The position numbers were made by a program, and so were the translations under genes. Below the pieces are notes generated by a model. That model did not search any database. It saw only the letters and a program-made list of their open reading frames with translations, and was not told where the DNA came from. A stretch of DNA of 64,000 nt from an uncultured Anaerolineaceae bacterium (lineage in GTDB: Bacteria; Chloroflexota; Anaerolineae; Anaerolineales; E44-bin32): positions 23,851 to 87,850 of the forward strand of contig CAZNRD010000005.1 of assembly GCA_964575425.1 (NCBI GenBank), given 5' to 3'. Each line of letters starts with the position of its first letter. The stretch's first letter is position 1. Below are positions 18,310-26,581 of the stretch, piece by piece.

Positions 18310-19450
18310 GGACGGAATGGACGAGCGCGTCAGGGTCCTCTATGTCTCGCAAGGCTACACGCCGCACGACTACCGTTTCCTTTCCGGGCTGGCCAGCTCG
18401 GGGCACGAAGTGTTTCACCTGCGATTCAACGCAGCCGCGTGTAGCGAGACCCGTCCGCTTCCGGCCGGCGTGGGCCCTGTGGATTGGAAGGCCAATCGGC
18501 CGCGCCCTCGTGTCTGGAATGTGCCGTTCCTGGCGCGCCGCCTGGCCAGTGTTCTGGCGCGCATCCGGCCGGATCTGGTCCACGCGGGGCCGATCCAGCA
18601 GGGAGCTGCCCTTGCCGCGCTGAGTGGCTTTCGCCCCATCGTGGCCATGTCGTGGGGTTCGGACCTACTGATCGAGGGCGCTTCGGGGCTTGGCCGACTG
18701 ATCGCCCGCTACGCCTTGCAGCGGTCTGCTGCCCTCCTTTGTGACTGCCAGGCGGTGCGCATGGCGGCCGAGCGCCTTGGTTTTGCGAGTGACCGAATCG
18801 TTGTCTTTCCATGGGGGGTGGACCTGGTGCATTTCCGTCCGGGTGATGACGCAGGGCTTCGTGCCCGCCTGGGGTGGAGCGACGGCATCGTCGTGCTGTC
18901 AACTCGTTCGTGGGAGAGCGCCTACGGGATTCCCGAGCTGGTGGAAGGGTTCATCCAGGCTGGCGCCGACATCCCGCAACTGCGCCTGCTGATGTTGGGG
19001 GGAGGCTCTCTCGGAGATACGATGCAGAGACGCCTGAAAGCGGCGGGGATGATGAACCGAGTGCATCTGGCCGGGTGGGTCTCCTACCAGGAACTGCCTC
19101 ACTACTACTGTGCAGCGGACATCTACGTCAGCGCCTCTCATGCCGATGGCAGTTCAGTGTCGCTTCTGGAGGCGATGGCCTGCGGGCTCCCGGCCATCGC
19201 TTCCAACATCCCGGGGAATCAGGAGTGGGTTTCTCCTGGGGTGACCGGTTGGCTCTTTCCGGTGGGCAGTGCCGCACACTTGGCGGAGGCCATTCGGCAG
19301 GCGGTCGAAGGCCAAACGCAATGGTCGGCACTAGGTGCCCGGGCGCGTCAGCAAGCCGTCGAGCGGGCGGACTGGGCGCGCAATTTCCCCCGCATCCACG
19401 AGGCCTATCGGATGGCGTTGATGGCCAGGGGGACCAGTGCCCGCAGCTAA
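18299..19450 (+). CDS. Glycosyltransferase family 4 (GT-B)
   Basis: 383 aa from GTG 18299 (ATG 18317 alternative, with AAGGA upstream). RVLYVSQGYTPHDYRF at the N-terminus; C-terminal E-x7-E region YCAADIYVSASHADGSSVSLLEAMACGLPAIASNIPGNQEWV. Confidence 0.8.
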   Translation: MTYKDGMDERVRVLYVSQGYTPHDYRFLSGLASSGHEVFHLRFNAAACSETRPLPAGVGPVDWKANRPRPRVWNVPFLARRLASVLARIRPDLVHAGPIQQGAALAALSGFRPIVAMSWGSDLLIEGASGLGRLIARYALQRSAALLCDCQAVRMAAERLGFASDRIVVFPWGVDLVHFRPGDDAGLRARLGWSDGIVVLSTRSWESAYGIPELVEGFIQAGADIPQLRLLMLGGGSLGDTMQRRLKAAGMMNRVHLAGWVSYQELPHYYCAADIYVSASHADGSSVSLLEAMACGLPAIASNIPGNQEWVSPGVTGWLFPVGSAAHLAEAIRQAVEGQTQWSALGARARQQAVERADWARNFPRIHEAYRMALMARGTSARS

Positions 19451-20195
19451 GCGGCCGATCCTGGCCATCATTCAGGCGCGCATGGGCTCGACACGGCTCC
19501 CCGGAAAGATATTGGCCGACATCGGGGGCCAGCCGATGCTGGTGCGCGTTGTCGAACGCGCCCGCCGGGCAAGCAGCCTCGACGGCGTGATTGTCGCGAC
19601 TACGACTCAGACAGAGGATGATGTGGTCGAACACCTGTGCGCTCAACGAGGCTACCCATGCCGCCGCGGCCACCCGACCGACGTGCTCGACCGGTACTAT
19701 CGTGTCGCACGAGAGGCAGGGGCAGGTGTGGTCGTTCGACTGACGGCGGACTGCCCCCTGATTGACCCGGCTCTCATTGATCAAGTGGTCGAAGCCTTCC
19801 TGTCGTCTGAGCCGCCCGCCGACTTTGCTGCCAACCGGCTCCCAAGCGAGCGGACTTTCCCGATCGGCCTCGACGTTGAGGTGTGCACGTTTGCTGCTCT
19901 GGCGCGGGCCTGGGCGGAAGCCGAAGAAGCCTACCAACGTGAGCATGTCATGCCCTATCTCTATGAGCGGCCAGGTCGCTTTCGCGTCCTTCTGTTCCGC
20001 TGCGAGCGTGATCTCAGCCATCTCCGATGGACAGTCGACACGGCCGCAGATCTGGAATTGGTGCGCAGGATCTATGCCCATTTCGGGGAGCGGGACGATT
20101 TCGCCTGGCAGGAAGTGCTTAGCTTGGTTGAGCGGAATCCATCCTTAAGTGAAATCAACGCTGACGTCCGCCAGCGAACGCTCGGAGGGATGTGA
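19437..20195 (+). CDS. SpsF/PseF-like cytidylyltransferase (CTP_transf_3 family)
   Basis: 252 aa with a GTG start. Motifs: ILAIIQARMGSTRLPGKILADIGGQPMLVRVVERA, VIVATTTQTEDDVV, VVRLTADCPLIDPALIDQVV. Confidence 0.75.
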   Translation: MPAAKRPILAIIQARMGSTRLPGKILADIGGQPMLVRVVERARRASSLDGVIVATTTQTEDDVVEHLCAQRGYPCRRGHPTDVLDRYYRVAREAGAGVVVRLTADCPLIDPALIDQVVEAFLSSEPPADFAANRLPSERTFPIGLDVEVCTFAALARAWAEAEEAYQREHVMPYLYERPGRFRVLLFRCERDLSHLRWTVDTAADLELVRRIYAHFGERDDFAWQEVLSLVERNPSLSEINADVRQRTLGGM

Positions 20196-21658
20196 TGATT
20201 GGTCGATCCCGCTGGCAGCTGCGCCCTCTTCGCGCCATTCCTCGTGGATACGTCTCTCGTTCACTGGATTGGCACGAACTGGCCGCAGAAGCTGGCGAGG
20301 AGTTCGAACGTCTTCTTCCCATCCGCCGCAGCCTGACGGGAGAGGGTGTACGCCAGACGCTTGAATACCTGAAATCGGTGTCCCCCTTCGACATCAAGGA
20401 GATTCCGTCGGGCACGCGCTGCTACGACTGGGAGGTGCCGCAAGAATGGAGCATCCGCGACGCGTATGTGGCCACGCTGGACGGTCGAAGGGTGATCGAT
20501 CTTCAGCGCAGCAACCTGCACGTCGTCGGACACAGTCTGCCGATTGACGCGGAGATGTCCTTTGACGAGCTCGACTCTCACTTGCACACCCTGCCTGCGG
20601 AGCCGAAGGCGATCCCGTATCGGACAAGCTACTACCAGGCCAACTGGGGTTTCTGCCTGACACACGAAGCGTATCAGCAGTTGGACCGCCGTGCGCGCTA
20701 CAGGGTGGTTATTGATTCCACCCTGCGGCCCGGCTCGCTCACCTATGGCGAAGCACGCCTCGCGGGCTGCTCGGGGCGGGAGTTCCTGGTTTCCACGTAT
20801 TGCTGTCATCCGTCCATGGTCAATGACAACCTGTCTGGAATGGTGCTTTGGAGCCTGTTGCTTCGAGAGCTGAGAAGGCAGCCAACCTGGCATACCTATC
20901 GGTTTGTGATCGTGCCTGAGACGATAGGCGCGATTGCCTATCTGCACCGCAACGAGCGCGCAATGCGCCGGCTCGAAGCAGCTCTGGTCGTGGCGACCGT
21001 CGCCGGGCCAGGGCCACTGGGCTACAAGCAGTCCTTCTTGGGGACCCACCTCATTGATCGGGCCATTCGCCGAAGCTTCGCGGAACTCGGGATCGAGCCG
21101 CTGACGTATCCATTTGACGTGAACGGGAGCGATGAGCGCCAGTTTTCCTCGCCATATTTCCGCATCCCCTGCGCCACCATCTGCAAGGACAAGTACCACG
21201 AGTACCGGTACTATCACACATCCTTGGATGACCTGGCTTTTGCGCGACCGGAATACCTCGTGGAAACGCTGAGGCTCTATCTCCTCACGATCGAAAAACT
21301 CGAAGCGGACCGGGCCTATCGCTCGGTGGTCTTGCGCGGGGAGCCGATGCTGGGGAAGCGGGGATTGTACCCGCAGACCGGGGGTTCGATACGGCAGAAG
21401 GCGGCAGCTCTAGACGGGGGTCGGGGCGAGCAGGGCGATCTGCCCAGCGGGAACGACATTGCGCGTGGCGATGAGCTGGACGCGATGCGGTGGTTGATGT
21501 TCTGGGGAGATGGCCGGACGACCTTGTTCGAGATTGGAGAGCGCATCGGCCTGCCGGTGGGGCAGCTGGTGCGGACGGCTGAGCGCCTGGTGCAGCACGG
21601 ACTCCTTGAGCCAGTCCCTGATCGACGCCGATCGGGCCCGGTCTGGCGGGCGAAGTGA
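20192..21658 (+). CDS. Aminopeptidase-like (M28-fold, DUF4910/COG4310-type) polysaccharide-biosynthesis protein with C-terminal winged helix
   Basis: 488 aa with a GTGA overlap. LPIRRSLTGEGVRQTLEYLKSVSPFDIKEIPSGTRCYDWEVPQEWSIRDAYV matches my recollection of this family. The C-terminal LFEIGERIGLPVGQLVRTAERLVQHGLL is wHTH-like. Confidence 0.55.
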   Translation: MMIGRSRWQLRPLRAIPRGYVSRSLDWHELAAEAGEEFERLLPIRRSLTGEGVRQTLEYLKSVSPFDIKEIPSGTRCYDWEVPQEWSIRDAYVATLDGRRVIDLQRSNLHVVGHSLPIDAEMSFDELDSHLHTLPAEPKAIPYRTSYYQANWGFCLTHEAYQQLDRRARYRVVIDSTLRPGSLTYGEARLAGCSGREFLVSTYCCHPSMVNDNLSGMVLWSLLLRELRRQPTWHTYRFVIVPETIGAIAYLHRNERAMRRLEAALVVATVAGPGPLGYKQSFLGTHLIDRAIRRSFAELGIEPLTYPFDVNGSDERQFSSPYFRIPCATICKDKYHEYRYYHTSLDDLAFARPEYLVETLRLYLLTIEKLEADRAYRSVVLRGEPMLGKRGLYPQTGGSIRQKAAALDGGRGEQGDLPSGNDIARGDELDAMRWLMFWGDGRTTLFEIGERIGLPVGQLVRTAERLVQHGLLEPVPDRRRSGPVWRAK

Positions 21659-22605
21659 TCACCATCTTCTCTGCGCCCAAGCCCTTTCGCGGGCATGTCG
21701 CCACGATCCAGCACAACGCCCTGGCCTCCTGGACAGCCCTCGGCAATGGTGTGCAGGTGCTGCTACTCGGGGATGAGGTCGGTGTGGCAGAGGCAGCCGC
21801 GGAGGCTGGGGTCCGGCACTTGCCATCGGTCGCCCGCAATGAACAGGGCACTCCCCTTCTCAGCTCGATCTTTGAGCTCGCCCATCAGGCGGCAAGCCAC
21901 CATACGCTGTGCTATGTGAATGCCGACATCTTGCTGCTTGATGACTTCCTTGCGGCGGTGCAGAGCGCACGCGACCGGTTCTCTCGCTTTCTGCTCATTG
22001 CCCGTCGCTGGGACCTTGATGTGCGCGAGAGGCTGCGGCTTGATGCGGCGTGGTGTTCTGCGCTCCGGAGCCGAATTGCGGCGGAGGGAACGCTGCATCC
22101 ACCGACGGGCAGTGACATTTTCGTCTTTCCTCGCTGCATGTTCCAACGCCTGCCCGATTTCGCCTTGGGTCGCTCGGGCTGGGACAACTGGATGATTTTC
22201 GCCGCCCGGCGAGCGCGTGTCCCGGTGATCGATGCCACGGAGTCGGTGACCGTTGTGCATCAGCTTCACGACTACAGTCACTTGCCCGGGGGAGAGCCAC
22301 ACTACCGCCTCCCCGAGAGCCGTCGCAATGTCGCCATGGTCGGCGGGCGAGCAGCGGTGTTCACTATCCTGGACGCGTCCTGGCGCCTCGGAGCCGGCGG
22401 CCTGGAGAAGAAACCCTGGAACGCGGCCGGGTGCGGACGCGCCGTAGAGGCGGAGATCTACGCGATCCTGGGCCTGCCCATGCTGATCCGGTGGGCCCGC
22501 CTCGCATTGCACCCATTCGAGACGATCCGCTACTATTCCACTGCTGCCTGGCGCCGGCTGAGAAGGCTGTTGGGCGCAGCTTCGTCGTTGTTGGCAAGGA
22601 GATAG
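21655..22605 (+). CDS. Conserved hypothetical protein, possibly GT-A-fold transferase
   Basis: 316 aa with a GTGA overlap. The opening ITIFSAPKPFRGHVATIQHNALASWTAL...VLLLGDEVG...ARNEQGTPLL...LCYVNADILLLDDF resembles an uncharacterised family that I have seen annotated as hypothetical or glycosyltransferase. No canonical motif could be confirmed. Confidence 0.35.
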   Translation: MITIFSAPKPFRGHVATIQHNALASWTALGNGVQVLLLGDEVGVAEAAAEAGVRHLPSVARNEQGTPLLSSIFELAHQAASHHTLCYVNADILLLDDFLAAVQSARDRFSRFLLIARRWDLDVRERLRLDAAWCSALRSRIAAEGTLHPPTGSDIFVFPRCMFQRLPDFALGRSGWDNWMIFAARRARVPVIDATESVTVVHQLHDYSHLPGGEPHYRLPESRRNVAMVGGRAAVFTILDASWRLGAGGLEKKPWNAAGCGRAVEAEIYAILGLPMLIRWARLALHPFETIRYYSTAAWRRLRRLLGAASSLLARR

Positions 22606-22609
22606 CCCT

Positions 22610-23650
22610 ATGGCGCGCGTTGGGATCAACCCTGCTCGCAATCGGGTAACGACCTATCGTCCGGCACGGGTCACAGTGGCGATGCTTGTCTACGTGCCAC
22701 ACCTGGAGGGCTATTTCCAGGATCGCCTGGAGGTCCTGAAGCTGTCCCTGGCATCGCTGATCAAGCACACGCACGGGCCCTACGACCTGATGGTGATGGA
22801 CAACGGCAGCTGCGCTGAGGCAAAAGCCTACCTGCAATCGCTGCAAGAGTTGGGCGCGCTTCGCTACCTGGTCACGGCCATGGAGAACATAGGGAAGATC
22901 GGCGCGCTGAAGATCCTGTTCCGTGCCGCGCCGGGTGACGTCATCGCCTACTCGGATGACGACATCTTCTTCTACCCTGGCTGGCTGCAAGAACATCTCC
23001 GCCTGCTGGACGGCTATCCGAACGTGGGCATGGTCAGTGGATGTGCTGTGCGGACGCTCTTCGATCACGGCACCGCCTCAAATCTTGCCTTCGCCACGGC
23101 GAACAGCGAGGCAAGCCTGCAGCGCGGTCAGCGCATCCCTGAGCAGTGGGAAATCGAATGGGCAGAGTCCTATGGGCGCGACGTAGAAGCCCACCTGGCT
23201 GCCATCCGCTCGCTCGACGACCTGATCTTGTCCTACCGAGGCCTTGAAGCCTACGCTGTAGCCAATCACAATCAGTTCGTCTCGCCCAAGCAGGTGATCC
23301 TGAAATTCCTGCCGGAAACGTGGAGTGGACGCCTGATGGGCGAGATGAACGAGTTGGACAACGCTGTCGCCGATGGGGGCTATCTCCGCTTGTCGACCGT
23401 GCGGCGCACCACAAGGCACATTGGGAACACGATCAGCCCTGCCGTGGCCGAAGAAGCCTCGCGGTTCTCGATTGACACAAGACAGGTGAGCGGACGCAGC
23501 CTCGGACTCCCTCGCCGCACATTGGGCCAGGCACTGCTCTCCTGGAGCCCCGTCCGTTGGCTGCTGCAGGGCACCTACAACCGCTTGTTCTGGATCCTGA
23601 GCGGCCAGACCGGGGACTGGTATCGTCGGGGCGGAGACAAAGCGCGATGA
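22610..23650 (+). CDS. Glycosyltransferase family 2 (GT-A), paralog 1
   Basis: 346 aa, with SD AAGGAG 8 nt upstream. Motifs: VAMLVYVPHLEGYFQDRLEVLKLSLASL, LMVMDNGSCAEAKAYL, AYSDDDIFFYPGWL. Collinear with 24542..25567. Confidence 0.7.
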   Translation: MARVGINPARNRVTTYRPARVTVAMLVYVPHLEGYFQDRLEVLKLSLASLIKHTHGPYDLMVMDNGSCAEAKAYLQSLQELGALRYLVTAMENIGKIGALKILFRAAPGDVIAYSDDDIFFYPGWLQEHLRLLDGYPNVGMVSGCAVRTLFDHGTASNLAFATANSEASLQRGQRIPEQWEIEWAESYGRDVEAHLAAIRSLDDLILSYRGLEAYAVANHNQFVSPKQVILKFLPETWSGRLMGEMNELDNAVADGGYLRLSTVRRTTRHIGNTISPAVAEEASRFSIDTRQVSGRSLGLPRRTLGQALLSWSPVRWLLQGTYNRLFWILSGQTGDWYRRGGDKAR

Positions 23651-24549
23651 GTACTGTGGTCGAGCGGTGCCCGCTGTGCGGTCGGTCAACCTTCGAGTTG
23701 TTCGAGCGGCAGCGGAAGGCAGATGGGGAGCTGACGTATGTGCTGTGCCGCACCTGCGGCATGGTTGTGCAGTCGCCGCGCATGAGCGATGAGGAGCTCG
23801 GCGCTTTCTATGTCGCCGGATATCGTCAGACAGTGCAGGCGACAGAAGCTCCGACCGACAAGGACTTGCGCGTGCAGGCTGGCCGCGCCCGCCACCTGGT
23901 CCGCCTGTGCCGCTCCGTCGTGCCGGAGATCACACGGCATCTTGATATCGGCAGCTCGAGCGGCGCCCTGCTGCGCGCCTTCCGTCGCGCCTACGGCGCG
24001 CAGGGGATCGGGATCGAACCCGGCGCCGGCTACCGGCAAGAGGCTCTGCGCCAGGCCACCGAGACCCTTGCCTCATTGGACGAGATCGATCCGGCGCACA
24101 GGAACGGTTTCGATCTGATATCCGTGATCCACCTGCTTGAACACATCCCCGACCCGGTGGACTATCTTCTCGCTTTGCGTGAGAAGTGGCTGGCGCCGCA
24201 CGGATGGCTGCTCGTGGAGGTGCCAAACCTGTTCGGCCATCGCGGGACGGAGCTCTCGCATCTCTCGATCTTCAGTCCCAGGACGCTTCGTCAGACGCTG
24301 GATCTCGCGGGGTTCCGGGTGATAAGGCTGCGGGCCCACGGGGCGCCGCGCTCACCAGTCCTGCAGCTCTATCTGACCGCGATCGCACGGGCCAGGCTCC
24401 ATTCGAAATTGCCCCACCGCTTTCGCTTCGCCAGCCGAGGTACCCGCTTCCGACGTCGCCTGGGTATGATGCTGTATGACTGGTGGACAGTCCACTTCCC
24501 GAACTGGGCATGGCAGGAGTTCCCGGCGCCGGAGGACGGGGATGGCTGA
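23647..24549 (+). CDS. Class I SAM-dependent methyltransferase with N-terminal CxxC...CxxC zinc-ribbon
   Basis: ORF trimmed to ATG 23647 (ATGA overlap). Motifs: ERCPLCGRS...YVLCRTCGMV, HLDIGSSSGALLRAF, FDLISVIHLLEHIPDP. Confidence 0.7.
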   Translation: MSTVVERCPLCGRSTFELFERQRKADGELTYVLCRTCGMVVQSPRMSDEELGAFYVAGYRQTVQATEAPTDKDLRVQAGRARHLVRLCRSVVPEITRHLDIGSSSGALLRAFRRAYGAQGIGIEPGAGYRQEALRQATETLASLDEIDPAHRNGFDLISVIHLLEHIPDPVDYLLALREKWLAPHGWLLVEVPNLFGHRGTELSHLSIFSPRTLRQTLDLAGFRVIRLRAHGAPRSPVLQLYLTAIARARLHSKLPHRFRFASRGTRFRRRLGMMLYDWWTVHFPNWAWQEFPAPEDGDG

Positions 24550-25567
24550 AGAGGGGACCCCTCGGGCTGTTGCAGCCGCCGACGTCGTGGCTGCTGTCAT
24601 TGTTTACGTCCCTCACCTGCGCGGCTACTTCACCAACCGCCTGGCGGTGGTTGGTTTGAGCTTGCAGAGCCTGATTCGGCACAAGCCGTCCCAATCCAGG
24701 CTTGTCGTCTTCGACAATGGCAGCTGCGAGGAAGTGCGCTCCATGCTCGCGGCCCACGTACAGCGGGGGGAAATCGACCTTCTCGTACGCAGCTGGACAA
24801 ACATTGGCACCCCTGCGGCGCTGCGCATCATCTTGAGCATGGGGCTGCGGCCGTTGGTCGCCTACGGCGATGACGACGTGTTCTACTATCCAGGCTGGCT
24901 CGAGGCAGAGCTGGCGGTCTGGTCGGCCTTCCCTCGCGTCGGGATGGTCTCAGGCGTTGCCACCCTGGATGGAGCTGACCATGCCGTCGGGGCGACCCTC
25001 GGCGCGGCAGAGAGTGACCCTTCCATCCGGCTGGAGAACGAGGCCCACATCGCGGTTGAATGGGAGGCGGACTGGGCACGCAGCACAGGGAGGGATCCTA
25101 AGGCGCGCGCCGACCACGCGCGCCGCCGGCCCGTGGCGCTCCTTGAGCGCCAGGGTGTGCAGGCCTTTGCTGGGGCCACCCATTTTCAGTACCTCGGCCG
25201 AGCCAGCGAGCTGCTCGCGGCTCTCCCCCTAGACAGGCCGACCTCACTGATGGGCAACATGCGCCTCCTGGATGAGGGCATCGACCGCATGGGGCGAATG
25301 CGTCTCTCCACGACCAAACGGGTTGTGCGTCACATGGGCAATGCCGTTGCGGAGGAGCTCCGACAAGAGGCGGCTGCGATGGGCCTTGACGTGGCACCGA
25401 CTCGCAGGCCGCCGCGAGTGACACCCCTCGAAACACTGCTGGAAAGGAACCGTTGGGTTCATGGCAAGATGTGGGTTGCCTACCGTCGCATTGGGCGCGT
25501 GCTGGACGGCGAGGGCATTGTCCCCGATTCCGTCATGGAGGTCGATCGAGAGGTGCCAGCCCAATGA
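24542..25567 (+). CDS. Glycosyltransferase family 2 (GT-A), paralog 2
   Basis: ORF trimmed to ATG 24542 (8-nt overlap). Motifs: VAAVIVYVPHLRGYFTNRLAVVGLSLQSL, LVVFDNGSCEEVRSML, AYGDDDVFYYPGWL. Confidence 0.7.
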   Translation: MAEEGTPRAVAAADVVAAVIVYVPHLRGYFTNRLAVVGLSLQSLIRHKPSQSRLVVFDNGSCEEVRSMLAAHVQRGEIDLLVRSWTNIGTPAALRIILSMGLRPLVAYGDDDVFYYPGWLEAELAVWSAFPRVGMVSGVATLDGADHAVGATLGAAESDPSIRLENEAHIAVEWEADWARSTGRDPKARADHARRRPVALLERQGVQAFAGATHFQYLGRASELLAALPLDRPTSLMGNMRLLDEGIDRMGRMRLSTTKRVVRHMGNAVAEELRQEAAAMGLDVAPTRRPPRVTPLETLLERNRWVHGKMWVAYRRIGRVLDGEGIVPDSVMEVDREVPAQ

Positions 25568-26577
25568 CGCGCTTCCTGATCTGCGGCTTGGGATCCATCG
25601 GCCGCCGCCATCTCCGCAATCTCCGCGCCCTGGGTCAGGAGGATATCGTTCTGCTTCGCAGCGGGAGAAGCACGCTTCCAGACGAGGAGCTGGCGGGCCT
25701 GCCCGTTGAGCGCGAGATCGACGTCGCGCTCAATCGATGGAGACCTCAGGCTGTCATCGTGGCCACGCCGACCGCTTTGCATCTCGAGGCAGCCATCCCC
25801 GCCGCACGCGCCGGGTGCCACATTCTCCTGGAGAAGCCGATCTCGCACAGCCTGAACGGCATTGATGACCTTCGAGCAGCGGTGGCGCAGCGGGGGAGCC
25901 GGGCGCTGGTTGGCTTCCAGTTCCGCTTCCACCCGGGGCTGCAGCGTGTCAAAACGCTGCTCGATGGTGGGGCCATTGGCCGGCCAACGGCGGTGCGGGC
26001 GCACTGGGGCGAGTATCTGCCAGACTGGCATCCGTGGGAGGACTACAGGTATGGCTACAGCGCGCGCTCCAACCTGGGAGGTGGAGTCGTGCTGACCCTG
26101 TGCCACCCATTTGACTATCTCCGCTGGCTCTTCGGCCAACCCTGCTCGCTCTGGGCGCGCGCGGCGCGCTTGAGTGACCTGGAGCTCGATGTGGAGGACA
26201 CGGCGGATGTGCTGTTGTCCTTCATTTCAGGCCTCACGGCCAGCCTGCATCTCGACTTCATCCAGCGCCCCCCGCAGCATCGTTTGACGATCGTCGGCAC
26301 GGAAGGGACGATGGAGTGGGATGGACTTGAAGGATCGGTGCGGCTGTATTCGGCTCGGGCGGACGGGTGGCAGACGATACCGCCCCCGGACGGGTTCGAG
26401 CGGAACGCTCTGTTCCTCGACGAGATGCGTCACTTCCTTCACCTGACTGCCGCCGATGTTCGGCCAGCCTGTTCGCTTGAGGAGGGGATCCTCGCGCTGC
26501 GCCTATCACTGGCCGCCCTGGAGTCATCGAAGACGGGGCGCGCCGTCGCCCTGGAAGATGGAACACAGCCGGAGTGA
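25564..26577 (+). CDS. Gfo/Idh/MocA-family NAD(P)-dependent oxidoreductase
   Basis: ORF trimmed to ATG 25564 (ATGA overlap). Motifs: MTRFLICGLGSIGRRHLRNL, AVIVATPTALHLEAAIPAARAGCHILLEKP. Confidence 0.8.
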   Translation: MTRFLICGLGSIGRRHLRNLRALGQEDIVLLRSGRSTLPDEELAGLPVEREIDVALNRWRPQAVIVATPTALHLEAAIPAARAGCHILLEKPISHSLNGIDDLRAAVAQRGSRALVGFQFRFHPGLQRVKTLLDGGAIGRPTAVRAHWGEYLPDWHPWEDYRYGYSARSNLGGGVVLTLCHPFDYLRWLFGQPCSLWARAARLSDLELDVEDTADVLLSFISGLTASLHLDFIQRPPQHRLTIVGTEGTMEWDGLEGSVRLYSARADGWQTIPPPDGFERNALFLDEMRHFLHLTAADVRPACSLEEGILALRLSLAALESSKTGRAVALEDGTQPE

Positions 26578-26581
26578 GAGC

